DNA of 64,000 nucleotides from Octopus vulgaris (Eukaryota). The stretch covers positions 78,802,001-78,866,000 of the forward strand of contig OX597819.1 of the NCBI GenBank assembly GCA_951406725.2, in the 5' to 3' direction. Within the stretch, counting starts at the first letter, position 1. Every line of letters starts with the position of its first letter. A program made the position numbers and the translations under genes. The notes under the pieces were generated by a model. That model saw only the letters and a program-made list of their open reading frames with translations, ran no database searches and was not told the origin of the DNA. Of the stretch, positions 11,185-23,871 are shown one piece after another.

Positions 11185-11505
11185 ACCCTTCAGTCATGAA
11201 TGAACATGAGATTGCAACTAGAAAGTTCCCCTCTGAGGTACAAGTCCAGGCAAGGTTGTTTATGGAAGACCAGCAGTAGCTGATGCATAGCCTCCCTTCT
11301 CCATGCCGCCAAGGTTACCAAGGGAAAGGCAAAGGCCGATATAGCTTGGCACCAAGTGACATAACAACGCACATCTATAGCTGAGTGAACTGGAACAACA
11401 TGTAATAAAGTGTCTTGCTTGAGAACACAACACAACAGCCTGGTCCAGGAATTGAACTCACTACCTCATGATTATGAGCCTGATGCCCTTAACCACTGGG
11501 CCATG
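11185..11505 (-). mobile_element. tRNA-derived SINE family D
   Basis: Minus strand has tggcccagtggttaaggg...gagttcaattcc...gtgttctcaagcaagacacttta. Homologues lie at 20600-21161 and 52290-52525. Confidence 0.8.
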
Positions 11506-11564
11506 TGCTTATAGTAGAAAGGATTATTATTAAAGAAATCATCATCATCATCATCATCATCAGT

Positions 11565-11596
<32 letters not shown>

Positions 11597-13263
11597 TAGT
11601 AGTAGTAGATGATGATAAAATGCTTAGTAGCATTTCCAAATGCTGCTTAGGTCAACTGCTTTTCATCCTTTCAGGATTAATAAAATCAGTACCAGCTGAA
11701 TGCTGAGGTTGATGTACTGAATTGCCCCACCCACCCCTCTTAAAATTGCTAGCCTTGTGCCAGAATTGGAGACTATAATCATTGGGGGTATAGTAGTAGT
11801 AGCAGCAGCAGCAATGCTGGAGGCACACTAATATGCTGCTGTGATGTTTAAGCGGGAAGTTCAACCAACAATGTCATATATTTTCGCTGTCTCCCTTGCA
11901 CTAGGTTTAAAACGAATAATTTCAATTAAAGGTTACATCATTAAACATATTGAAGCAATTTGTCTGTTGAAATCTGGGCTTTATGCCATCTTCATCTGAT
12001 GAGTCTTTGGCAGCAACCTGTTGTGTGGCTTTTTTTTTTGTTTTTTGATTTATTGTTATTATTATTATTATTATTATTTTTAAAGTCAGGTGTTGCTAGT
12101 TGTTGCTCCCCTTTTTTCGAAGGGTCTCGTGAGAGGGGAAAAGGCTGGTGGTGTTGGTGGGTTTTTCTTTGCTCCTTGCTCTTTGCTCCAGCTTATTAGC
12201 TATTGTTAGGAAAGGATTTTGGTGACATTGGTTATGTAGGCAGTGGAGATATTGGTCATGTTGCTGTTGTTGTTGTTGTTGTTCGTGGTGGTAGTGATGA
12301 TTATAGCGGTAGTAGCGATGCTGGTGGTGATGTGGTGATACAGATGTTAATCCATTAATGTAGTCTTGAAAGATCTAGAGTCACATTAGCGGGTTGGGTT
12401 GGGGAATGGAGGGGAGGGGGGTTTAGAGTGAGTAGGGTCATTGTGGTTACAGGGTGGTGGTGGTGATGGTGGTGGCAACGGTGATAGCTGTAGTGAGGTT
12501 AGTGTTGCTAGCAACAGTAGTAGTGGTGGTGTTGGCGGTGACTGTGTTTGGAGAAGAAATCTCCAAGAAAATCAACTTTGCTTAATCCTTTTTAAATGTT
12601 CCTTTATTCACACTGATCTGCTGTTGATGCACCACCACCATTACTATGACAGCTACTACTACCACCACCACCACCACATCACTATGACAACTACCACCGC
12701 CACCACTATTACTACCACTACTACTTCATTGCTACTATCTCCACTACCACCACCTCCTCTACTATAGATGATGATGATGATGGTGGTGACACTGCTGCTG
12801 CTCTTGGATGTTGTTGTGGTGATGATGATGGTAGTTTTTTTTTTTCGTGATTGTAATAACTGGTGGCTACCATGGACAACCATACCAGTAATCGTTGGAT
12901 CTCACCATTGTATTTAAACACCCCGCCTTATACACCATCATCATCATCACCACAAGCACCATCAATCCCACTGCCAACACCACCATCGTCACCACCATCA
13001 CATGCAATTTCAACTGCCCCCGATCTCACCCACAACAACAATCCCACCATTGCAGAGTCTGTTTTACTTTCAGCAAAAGTTCTCTTCACCACTGCAGCTA
13101 CTGTCATTACAATATTCACCATTTACAGCAATAACGGAGGTGGTTGCAGCAGTGGTGGTGGTGAGATTACCATATTTGGCAGAATCGCAGAGCTGTGGTG
13201 AAGAGGAGGAAAGAGAGGGGAACAATGGAGATGATTGCTTTTAATTCTGGTGAACCCCTTTAC

Positions 13264-13296
13264 CTTATCTTCGCGAAATCCTGTTAATTCTATGGC
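13264..13296 (-). CDS. 33-nt exon (AIELTGFREDK) of the minus-strand microexon gene
   Basis: Acceptor ttattctttcaaaccag, donor AAG|gtaaag. Only phase 0 is stop-free, which matches the preceding 8-nt exon. Confidence 0.7.
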
Positions 13297-13533
13297 CTGG
13301 TTTGAAAGAATAAAGTGACAACAACAACAACAGCAATAAAGACAACAATGACAACATCCTGATCAGCTCTGGAATCAGCTATCTCTTGTTATCAATTAAA
13401 TACAAAAAAAATACAGTGACTTAAGGGGAAATAATTCAAGTTGACCAATGGCATAAATTTAGTCACATGGATTTAAGGGTGGAGTGATGTAATAAATATA
13501 GTACACAAGTAAATTAGAATTAATTGAAATTAC

Positions 13534-13541
13534 CTTCTTGG
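13534..13541 (-). CDS. 8-nt microexon (CCAAGAAG; completes P, then KK)
   Basis: Acceptor ttgtcactctccag after a (TG)n/pyrimidine tract, donor AAG|gtaatt. It converts phase 1 to phase 0, as the flanking exons require. Confidence 0.6.
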
Positions 13542-13623
13542 CTGGAGAGTGACAACACACACACAAAAAGAAAACTAACAGTAGTTGTTAATTATCTCCC
13601 CTTCTTCTTTGTAAGACGCTAAC

Positions 13624-13656
13624 GAGTGGTACTGGGTTTTGCCTTTCTTTCTCCAA
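13624..13656 (-). CDS. 33-nt exon (VGERKAKPSTT)
   Basis: Acceptor aatttccttcacag, donor CTC|gttagc. Phase 1-1, with an 82-nt intron to the 8-nt exon. Confidence 0.6.
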
Positions 13657-15719
13657 CTGTGAAGGAAATTTCAGTTAATTGAGAATGTTTTATGTATGTC
13701 ATCTAGTACATCAGCACTTAACCTATTTATCTTGTCATAGTCGATGGTTATTGAAAGTTTTGTATTTATTTTCTCTCCTCACCAGCAGCAGCACCACCAC
13801 CACGACCATTAGCATCCTCATCATCATCATCACCATCACCATCGTCGTCATTATCATTATCGACACTGACATTGATAATCCCTTGCCATCAACAGCCATT
13901 GAAAGTTTCAGAAATTCACTTTGACTCTCTTATCCTCACCATCATTTTCATCATTGTCACCACCATCACTATAACCACCACCACCACCACCACCTGCTCA
14001 CTCCTGCTGTCACCATACTCCTGTTTATGGTTTCAGTGAAATTCTTCAAATTGTTTAGTTCAGTTCTGTGGTTCCTGTTTCTAAATACTGCTGTGGTCAA
14101 TTTCTATTTTACATCTTCCAAGAGTTGGTTGGGCTTGTATTTCCTTTCCATCCTTTCTTCTTAGAGGCCAAATAAAAAGGGAGCGGGGGAATGTTAAGAT
14201 TGCTGGGGTGCATCTTCATCAATTTAACATCCACTTTTCCATGCTTGCATGGGTTGGACGGAGTTCATTGAGGGCAGATCTTTCTTTGGCTGGATGCCTT
14301 TCCTGTCGCCAACCATCACCTGTTTTCATGCAAGGTAATATTCCCCTATGGGCCAATCATGTTTTCACTGAAGAATAAATGCATAATATATAGTCTTAAA
14401 CACATTTACAACTATTACACACTATCCAACCAAGAAGATACTAGCACGCACACACACACACACATAAGACAGACTTCTTTCAGTTTTCAACTATCAAATC
14501 TCCTCACATATCAACTATCAAATCTCTTAACCCGGGTCTGTAGTAGCTGACACATACATATTTAATATTCCATGCAGTGAGATTGAACTTGAAACTATGT
14601 GGTTGGGAAGTAAACTTCTTAACCATACAGCCACATCTGTGAATGTTTTAATCATTTTGTTACCATATTTCTGTTGAGATACTCTGTGTTTCTTTCAATT
14701 AATTTTAAATATTACAAAGAATTTAGTAAAATACCTAAGTTATCATTAAACTAGTGTTAGGAACATAAATTATGATTAAGGTTTGGTGGCAGATTTTAAT
14801 TCAGAGCTTTTGAAAAGAAGACATTTGTACTATGGAGCCAGAGGTGCTTTCAGGTGGGTTGGTATCAAAAAGTTTAAACAGTGGTTCCGGAACTGGGTGG
14901 TAGTGGGATCCTTAGGCACCAAGCAGCAACTGTCAAGGATGCTTGCTCAGTGGAAGTCATAACTTTTGTAAGCAATATAATATCCAAACCAGATACAATA
15001 CTTGATATTTGTGAATAAAATGGAAATAAGATTAAAAAAATTATTCTCCCTGTGTAGCCCTGTTTCATAGCCCAGTGGTTGGGAACTTTTGATGTCGCGT
15101 ATATGTTGTAAAGGTTGTGTTATATCGTAAGATGATGAGAAAATACTTAATACCTACAAACTGAGTAACCAGAGTTTTGCTTCCATCACCTATCAAGACT
15201 AAGGAGATTGTAGAGTTGGTATTTAAGATTGTACAGCTTACATGAAATTCTTGCCCACCAACCATGGCTACGGTTGATTAGGATTTATCTGGTGAAGACA
15301 AGATAAAGAAGAGCTGAAGAAACATAGTTAAATATTTTATGGTGGGACAGAGATGACGGTAGAGGCATGACAAACTAGATGAGAGTGTGTGATAAATAGT
15401 TAACTTAGAGCAACAAGGACAGCAACAACATAAAGAATCCCAATAAGGTTAAATCCTTAATGGTTAGGAGGTACAAAAAAGAGAGAGAAAAAAGAATTTG
15501 TCTCACAATCCCTGAAATGTAAAGCAAAACAAAACAAGGATGTGTTTCCAACATGGGAAAAGAAAAGGAAAATTTGAACACCTTAGACATTAGTCCCTTA
15601 ATGCGTAGTTCTATACAACCAGTGGTTTCATAATGGTGTTGTTCTTCTGTAACATGGATGACCACTGTACTCTATATGAGTATAGGTCAGTGTGTGTATG
15701 TGTATATACTTATATATAT

Positions 15720-15985
15720 AGGCACAGGTGTGGCTGTGTGGTAAGAAGCTTGCTTACCAACCACATGGTTCTGGGTTTAGTCCCCATTGTGTGGCACCTT
15801 GGGCAAGTGTCTTCTACTATAGCCTCAGACTGACCAAAGCTTTGTGAGTGGATTTTGTGTGCGGAAACTGAAAGAAGCCTGTCATATATATATGTGTCTG
15901 TGTTTGTCCTCCTCCCTCCACCATCGCTTGACAACCAATGTTGGTGTGTTTACGTCCTCCTAACTTAGTGGTTTGGCAAAAGGGG
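15720..15985 (+). mobile_element. SINE family A
   Basis: Family A head and CORE-like block. Confidence 0.85.
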
Positions 15986-18249
15986 CCAAAGAATATAAAA
16001 CTGTGAGTTTGGAGGAATATATTATCTGGGCAGATACCATGGTGGCTCTCAGTTAAGTTCCAATTACAGCTAACCAATGGAGTAATTCCCAGAAGAAGCT
16101 GCACCGAAAATTGTGCTGGGTTGCATCTACAATTGCCTGTAATCTGTCATAAAGACCATAAAATATGCTGTTTGAAATTGTAAAAGAAGAGGAAATTAAT
16201 TTTGAGGATTTGAGGATATATATATATATGACGGACTTCTTTCAGTCTCTGTCTACCACATCCATTTACAATATAGCAACATTTCTCATAGCCCCAACAG
16301 ACGAATTGGAAAAGGTGTTGCCCTGGAGGATGGCGAGGGAGAAGGGGGAAGTGGAGAACTTATGTGATCACTAGGCAGGTAGCAGGGGAAAAAAAAATAT
16401 ATTAGAATGGATATTGGAGCACACTGCAAGAGGAAGTAGATAGAAAGGTAGTGGGGAGAAAGAGAGAGAGGTTATGAAGAAACAAGGCTGCAGGATTAGG
16501 GAAAAAGAGATAGGAGAGGGAGAAGAAAGCAACATTGATGTAACAGAGTAACATCACTACAGGAGGGGAAGGAAGCAGAGCTGTGTCTGCTTTTAGGATG
16601 GAACTGCTTGTTTACGTATAAATGCAGACATGGGTAAATGGTTAAGTTGACTTCATGACATGGTTTGGGGTTCATTCTCACTGCATCGTATCTTGAGTGA
16701 GTGATTTCTCAAGCCGACCAATGCCTAGTGATTGAAATTGGTAGAGAGAAGCAGTCATGTATATATATGTTTGTTTGTGTGTGTGTGTGTGTCTGTGTGA
16801 ATGTTTGCATATGTGTTTGTTCCATCTTCTTATCTGTGTCTTGACATGGCTTACTCTTTAGTATTCAAAGAGGCCATGTCTGGCCCAAATACTCAGTTTT
16901 ACATTCAAGCTGGGCAGACCTGGCCTCTCACACCTACCCTACAATGGCATTCTAAAAATATACAATCACATCATCAAAATCTCAAAACAAACATGAATAA
17001 ATAAGCATTACATTTGTCAGTGTTATCTGAATGATAAAGGGTCAAAGAACAAAACAATGTCACCACTTTGTCAGTGTCATTATTTTTGCCTGCCTTAAAC
17101 ACACGCTCTTGTCATTGAGTGGTTCATCATATGAAAGACCTGGTGAATAAATACCTTACATGGACACAAGTCCTGTACTTATTGACAATAGGAGAAGAAT
17201 ACAGCCATAGAGTACTACATCACCCTTGAGAAAATGATGATGGTGATAAAATATAATAGAGTGTAGGATTGCACAGTGGGATACTGAACTAGATGAATGC
17301 ATTGCAGTGTTTAGTTACATCCTTCTGCATACTAATTTCAAATTCTGTCAAAGTTAATTTTTTTTTTAGTTAGTATTCTTTCAGCTCCAATTAAATAAGC
17401 ACCTATCTTGTAACATGGTTGATCAAATTAAACTACATCTCCTTCACCTAACACTGTGACCTTGTGCTAAATCAGACTGGCAACACTGTCAGAACATTAA
17501 GGGGAAAAAAAATGCCTTCTGGGATTATTCATTCCTGCTGTTCACTCACTGAGTTCCTGCCAAGGTCAACTTTGCCCTTCATCCTTTTAGGGTTGATGAA
17601 ATTAAAGTACTATTTAGTGCTGAGGTCAGTTTATACCAACTAATGCCCCTCACGACAAAAGATTGCTGGACTTGTGCTTAAACTAGAAACTGTTTTCTGG
17701 CTTTGCTATCTGAGTTCAAAATTCTACTGAGGTCAGCTTTGCCTTTCATCCTTTCTGGGTCATTAAAATGAGTACCAGTTAAGATCTAGGGGTTGATATG
17801 TCTAACTAGTCCTCTCCTCTCTACAAATTTCAGGCTTTGTACTTGTAGCAGAAGGAAAAAATTATTAGGTTTATTGTTAAAGCAGTAAACAGGAAGAATG
17901 GGCAAAATGCTTAGCCAGCTTTTCTTATATCTCTCTACTTTCTAAGTCCAAATACCTTTCATCCTTCTGGTGTACATGAACTACGTACCAGTTGAGCATT
18001 AGGGATGCTGTAATTGACTTACCCTTCTTCTCAAAATTGCTGGCATTGTGCTTCAAATAGAAAAATTTATTATTGTTATTATTATTAACCCTTTCGATAT
18101 TGATCTGCCCAAGATTGTCTCTGGTTGTATGACACAGACTTCATCTTTAAAGTGATCTAAATTAAGCTCCTTCTTCAAAATTTCATTGAAGCAAAAGGCA
18201 GTGTATTCCAACAAAAAAGCAGCAAGCTGACAAAATCATTATCACGTAA

Positions 18250-18440
18250 GATGAAATGCTCAGTGGCATTTCGCCTGTCTTTATGTTCTGAGTTCAAATC
18301 TCATCAAAGTCGACTTTGCCTTTCATCGTTTCAGGGTTGATAAATTAAGTACCAGTTGAGTGCTGGGGTCAATGTAATCGATTTAACCCCTCCCCCAATA
18401 TTTCAGGCCTTGTGCCTTTAGCTGAAAGGATAATAATAAT
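18250..18440 (+). mobile_element. SINE family B with a Nin/Deu-like central domain and (TAA)n tail
   Basis: gactttgcctttcatcgtttcagggttgataaattaagtaccag resembles the conserved Nin/Deu SINE domain. More than 10 copies occur in the window (e.g. 10975-11175, several in 17480-18060, 19330-19560). Confidence 0.75.
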
Positions 18441-18639
18441 AATAGATATTGCAGAGTAAACAACATCGTGAGGTTGTTGATTGAAGATATTGTGTCTACT
18501 GGGGGTTTATACAGTTTGTCAAGTCACATGTAGGACCTCAGGCAGACAGTATTTTACGCAGTATTTGTGCAGTTCCAAGTAATGCCGACTTTTGCAATAC
18601 ACCTAGATTGTAGGGTATTTTTAAAGCTTTCAGATTTTT

Positions 18640-18678
18640 TGGGTTATACCCGCGCAGGTTCGTATCCTGCCCGCAGCG
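18640..18678 (+). pseudogene. 3' half of a tRNA-Ser (retroposed fragment)
   Basis: tgggttatacccgcgcaggttcgtatcctgcccgcagcg gives a class II variable arm GGG-TTATA-CCC, T arm GCAGG-TTCGTAT-CCTGC, acceptor strand CCGCAGC and discriminator G. The 5' half and CCA are absent. Confidence 0.75.
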
Positions 18679-18685
18679 ATTATTT

Positions 18686-19100
18686 GGCCGATGCCAGCGC
18701 CGCCTCGACTGGCTTCTGTGCCGGTGGCACATAAAAAGCGCCATCCGAATGTGGCCGATGTCAGCGCTGCCTTGGCTGGCTTCCGTGCCGGTGGCACGTT
18801 AAAAGCACCATCCGAACATGGCCGATGCCAGTGCCGCCTTGGCTGGCTTCCGTGCCGGTGGCACGTTAAATGTACCAACCGATCATGGCCGATGCCAGAC
18901 CCCCCTGGCACCTGTGCAGGTGGCACGTAAAAAGCACCCACTACACTCGCGGAGTGGTTGGCGTTAGGAAGGGCATCCAGCTGTAGAAACACTGCCAAAT
19001 CAGACTGGAGCCTGGTGCAGTCCCTGGCTTCCCAGACCCCGGTCGAACCGTCCAACCCGTGCTAGCGCGGAAAATGGACGTTAAACGATGATGATGATGA
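18686..19100 (+). mobile_element. SINE family C with internal ~60-bp tandem units and (GAT)n tail
   Basis: Repeated ggccgatgccag...gtgccggtggcacgtaaaaagcacc units, then ggttggcgttaggaagggcatccagctgtag (tentatively Meta/MESC-like) and a gatgatgat tail. Other copies: 21340-21703, 33243-33530, 46555-46850, 49990-50131. Confidence 0.8.
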
Positions 19101-19705
19101 TTGGATTGTATTGAACCCAATCCTTTGATGACAATAGGGATAACTTTTATGTTTGACTCTCGTAACTGTCTCATCTTAGTGATCTCAATTCTCAGGTTTC
19201 CATATTTATCAATCTTTTCTCTTTCTTTCATGATATGTTGATCATCTGGCACTGCCACGTCAATTATTAGGCACTCTTGTTTGTCCCTCCTGAAGTTTAC
19301 TATATCTGGCCTTTATTATTATTATTATTAAGGTGGTGAACTGGAAGAATCGTTAGCATGCAGGACAAAAATTGCAGAATGTCATTTCTTCTCGCTTTAC
19401 AATCTGAGTTTAAATTCTGTCAATGCAAACCTTGCGTGTCACCCTTACAGGGTCGATGAAATAAGTACTAGTCAAGTTCTGAAACTTGTGTAATTGACTG
19501 TCTCCCTCTCACAACAGCTTACACCTTGTGGCCATATTAGAAGGGATTATCATTATTATTGTTATCAAGTTGGTTGGCATTAGGAAGGGCATCCGGTTGT
19601 AAAAAGCATGCCAAAACAGACGGTGAATCCCGATGCAGTCTTCTGGTTTGCCAGTTCCTGTCAAACCATGAAACCCGTGCTAGTATGGAAGACAGACCTT
19701 AAATG

Positions 19706-19965
19706 ATGCTCCTCCTCCTCTTCTTCTTTTTCCACTTCATCCTCCTCCTCTTTCTCTTCTTCCTCCTGTTCCTGTTCCTCTTCCTCCTGTTCCTGCTCCT
19801 CTTCCTCCTGCTCCTCTTCCTCCTCCTCCTGTTCCTCTTCTTCCTCCTCTTCATCATCCTCCTCTTCTTCCTCCTGTTCCTGTTCCTCTTCCTCCTGCTC
19901 CTCCTCCTCCTGCTCCTCTTCTTCCTCCTCCTGTTCCTCTTCTTCCTCCTCTTCATCCTCCTCCT
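19706..19965. repeat. Polypyrimidine/polypurine (CTC/TTC/CTG) triplet tract
   Basis: About 260 bp of almost pure C/T on the plus strand. It is the source of the Arg/Lys-rich and Leu/Phe-rich spurious ORFs. Confidence 0.9.
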
Positions 19966-20599
19966 GCTGCTACTACTACTAATACTACCACCAAAACCAC
20001 CACCACCACCATCACCACCAGTAGTATCACCATCACCATCAGGACATTGATATCTTAGGAAGTATAATACTTTTTTTTTAGTTCATAAATTCCAAAAATG
20101 TTTGCTTTTATCACTTGTTGGCATGTAAAATGAAAAATGTCTCCACTTTCATTATATATATCTTTTCGCAGTAATTTAATCATCACTACCACCAACGCCA
20201 TCCCTTTCTCCTCAGCTACTCCTACTCTTATCGCCACCCCCACCATCACCATTGTCTCCTCCATCATCACTTCAACCATCATCACCATCTCTAAGCTTTA
20301 TTTATCTGACAAGGAGGTGGTCTTTTGGTGGGGTTTTATTTTTTATTTCTTATTTAGCAAGTAGAAGTGCAGTGCCCTTGTTTTTGTTTTCGTACTCTGA
20401 CTGATGTGGCTGTGTGGTAAGAAGCTTACTTCCCAACCACATGGTTCTAGGTTCAGTCCCACTTCATGACACTTTGGGAAAATGCCTTCTACTATGCTGT
20501 TGGACCAAAGCCTTGTGCGTGGATTTGGTAGACAGAAACTGAAAGAAGCCCATTGTATATATATATGTATATATATAGTATGCACACGCATAGTGCAAA

Positions 20600-21161
20600 G
20601 GCTCACAATCATGAGGTAGTGAGTTCAATCCCCGGACCAGGCTGTGTGTTGTGTTCTTGAGTAAGACACTTTATTTCATGCTACTCTTGTTCACTTAGCT
20701 GTAGAAATGAGTTGCGACATCACTGGTACCAAGTTGTATCAGCCTTTGCCTTTCCCTTGCATAACATTGATGATTTGGAGAGAGGAGGCTGGTATGCATG
20801 GGCAACTACTAGTCTTCCATAAAAAATCTTCCCTGGACTTGTTCCTTTGATGGGAACTTTTTAGGTGCGCTCTCATGGTCACTTATGAGATCGCACCTAA
20901 AAAGTTCCCTTCCAAGGAACAAGTCTGGGCAAGATTTTTTATGGAAGACTAGTAGTTGCCCATACATACCAGCCTCCTCTCTCCAAATCATCGATGTTAT
21001 GCAAGGGAAAGGCAAAGGCTGATACAACTTGGTACCAGTGATGTTGCAACTCATTTCTACAGCTAAGTGAACAAGAGTAGCATGAAATAAAGTGTCTTGC
21101 TCAAGAACACAACACACAGCCTGGTCCGGGGATTGAACTCACTACCTCATGATTGTGAGCC
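20600..21161. repeat. 277-bp inverted duplication of a family-D SINE
   Basis: Arms 20600-20876 and 20885-21161 with an 8-nt spacer (ggtcactt) and about 10 mismatches by manual count. Confidence 0.95.
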
Positions 21162-21339
21162 ATTAGGTCTCACCAAAGAAATGACTAGAGACCGAGACCT
21201 ATGGAAGTATGCTGTGCGTGAGAAGACCCGGCAAGACCAGTGAGAACACTCAAAATCAAAATCAAAGCAAATCAAATCAGATATCAGAAAGCAGAGCCAA
21301 AATTGAGGTCGATCAACATCAGTGGAAATTGCAGCTGTG

Positions 21340-21703
21340 GTTAAGCGAACCATCCAATCGTGGTTGTTGCCGGTGCCGCCCCGCCTGGCCCCCATGCCAG
21401 TGGCACGTAAAAGCACCATCCGCTCGTGTCCGTTGCCAGCCTTACCTGGCCCCCGTGCCGGTGGCACGTAAAAGCACCATCCGTTCGTGGCCGTTTGCCA
21501 GCTCCGTCTGGCACTTGTGCGGGTGGCACGTAAAAAGCACCCACTACACTCACGGAGTGGTTGGCGTTAGGAAGGGCATCCAGCCGTAGAAACACTGCCA
21601 GATCTGACTGGGCCTGATGCAGCCTTCCGGCTTCACAGACCCCAGTTGAACCGTCCAACCCATGCTAGCGTGGAAAACGGACGCTAAATGATGATGATGA
21701 TGA
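21340..21703 (+). mobile_element. SINE family C
   Basis: Tandem ggcacgtaaaagcacc units, conserved core and (GAT)n tail. Confidence 0.85.
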
Positions 21704-22279
21704 TATATGTGTGTGTGTGTGTGTCATTTTGTCTGTGTTTGTCTCCTACCACTGATTGATAAAAAGATGACTTAACTTTCATATTCCTTTGAAATCAAAG
21801 ACAGAAGCACTGCTGTGTTGAATTCCATGTTGTGACTACTTGTTCTTAGACATCAATTATCAACTTTAATTTACACAGAGAGGAAAAGTCAATGAAAGGA
21901 TCTGTGTACATCCATTAAAACTACTAGAAATAGAAGCCAGAGGTTCCTCAAATCAAATACTACTGACCTAGGAAAAGGAAGATACATTTGATAATGTTAA
22001 GTGAAAATTGGAAAAAAAAAAAGACCTGATCTTTTATCTTTTGCGTCTTTCAGTGATTGGATTGCAGCCATGCTGAAACATTGCTTTTAAAGGGTTTAGA
22101 CTAGTAAATCAAACGCAATATTTATTTTTAAGTCTGATACATATCTTACCAGTCTATTTTTCTAAAGTGTTAAGTTATAGGAATATAAACAAACCAACAC
22201 TGGTTGCCAAGCTGTGATGGAGGACAAACACATATACACATGTTATCTGTGTTTGTGTGTGTGTGTATCTGCATTTTTG

Positions 22280-22604
22280 GGGGGCCCATAGTTGGTATTG
22301 GAAATTTTTTTTTAGTCAACAGCAATTTGAGGAGCTTGATTAATGTTTGTTGCAAATCTTGAAGAAAGCGACTGGATACTCAAGTTACTGGCCTTAATGC
22401 TGCGAAAATGCTTTAAAAAAGCGGTTTATCTGCCTCTGGGTCTGCATTAGGCAAGAGGTTGAAAATGTTTTGGCTCATGACACTCCATGAACCCTACATG
22501 ATGCATGTATAAAAATTTCATTAAAATCAGTTGGATGGATCTCGAGTTTTAATGACATGACAAACACACTGACAGACACACATCCTGTGTTTTATATATA
22601 TAGA
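22280..22604 (-). mobile_element. Helitron-like 5' fragment
   Basis: The minus strand starts A|TCTATATATATAAAA...gatgtgtgtctgtc, like the element at 38649. Confidence 0.4.
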
Positions 22605-23756
22605 TATATATATGACTGACATCTTTCAATTTCTGTCTTCTAAATCTACTAACAAGGTTTTTGTTTGCCCGGGGCTAAAACTGAAGACACTTGTTTTCAC
22701 ATAGTGGGACTGAACCAAAGACCACATGGTTGGGAAACAAGCATCATATCCACACAGCCATGCCTGTGCTTGTGTCTGAAAAAAAAAATGAAAGAAATGG
22801 TCATGAGTGGAATGCCTTTGATTAGAGATTAGAGATCTGCTGGATTGTGGACAACCTGATATTAAACAAGTTGACCCCATCTAAGAATTGTTGGAGCCAA
22901 CAAAGCAAACTTTATGCAGACCCTTAGTCTAGAAATAGCAGCCAAATTTTCATACACTACAATTGACTTAAAAAATGAACACATGTCTAATATATATATG
23001 TTTAAATAAATATGAAATATAAACTTTTGAAAATTAATTGTTAAACTACAAGTTTCGAAAATCTATTAATTATTGTAAGTTCATGTGGCTCTCACAATCA
23101 AATTTCTATGCTTTGCTTGAGAATACTTAAATGTGTGCGTACTTCTGGATATGTATATATACACACACACACACATGTATATATATATATATGTACACAC
23201 ATACACACACATATATATATACATATATGCATACATACCGGGTCAGTTTACATATATACATATGAAGCTAGGTGGCTAATTGAATTATGGATAGGCGTAT
23301 ATATATATACACACATGCATAATACATAATTGGATTTAATTAAGGTTTCCATTTATCAACTTGAAGTCTATTCTATAAAATTTTTATATCCTGCAATTAA
23401 GTTTTCTTATGACAACAAAAGTCATATGTATATACACATATTGCTCATTTGTTTTTACTTTCATTTCCCATGCTTGTATGGGTGAGAGATTTTATATATA
23501 TGTACATACATACGTATATGTATGTATATATATCTTACAAAAAAATAGAGATTTGGTTATGTATGTAGTTGACTTTGTGTATGTGTAATTCAGTCACACT
23601 TGACACTCAAAGTAGACACATACACGCACACATAAAATGTAAATTAATTTAAATATTGAGAAATTTAGTTTTGTTCTAACTTCATTATTGCATTTCACAT
23701 TATTATATGTATGTATGCATATGTATAGATATGTTATGCATGCATATTTGCATGTA

Positions 23757-23809
<53 letters not shown>

Positions 23810-23831
23810 TTAAATACATTCATATACGAGT

Positions 23832-23871
<40 letters not shown>

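Larger units (their letters stand above)
18445..19315 (-). mobile_element. 3' fragment of a restriction-like-endonuclease LINE (R4/Dong-like), interrupted by an insertion
   Basis: Minus-strand translation RPDIVNFRRDKQECLIIDVAVPDDQHIMKEREKIDKY...VIPIVI.GLGSI, then after the insertion LKALKIPYNLGVLQKSALLGTAQILRKILSA*. It shows the PD..D endonuclease motif and the typical LGTA.ILRK C-terminus. Confidence 0.8.

Noticed and set aside
11995-12020. ctgatga followed by a small hairpin
   Set aside because: Lacks GAAA and stem III.
14020-14091. Possible minus-strand phase 1-1 exon (AVFRNRNHRTELNNLKNFTETINR)
   Set aside because: The acceptor has no pyrimidine tract and the donor is weak, so it may be chance.
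19699-20050. Protamine-like Arg/Lys-rich ORF and the opposite Leu/Phe-rich ORF
   Set aside because: Both are direct translations of a triplet repeat adjoining a SINE tail, with no independent gene evidence.
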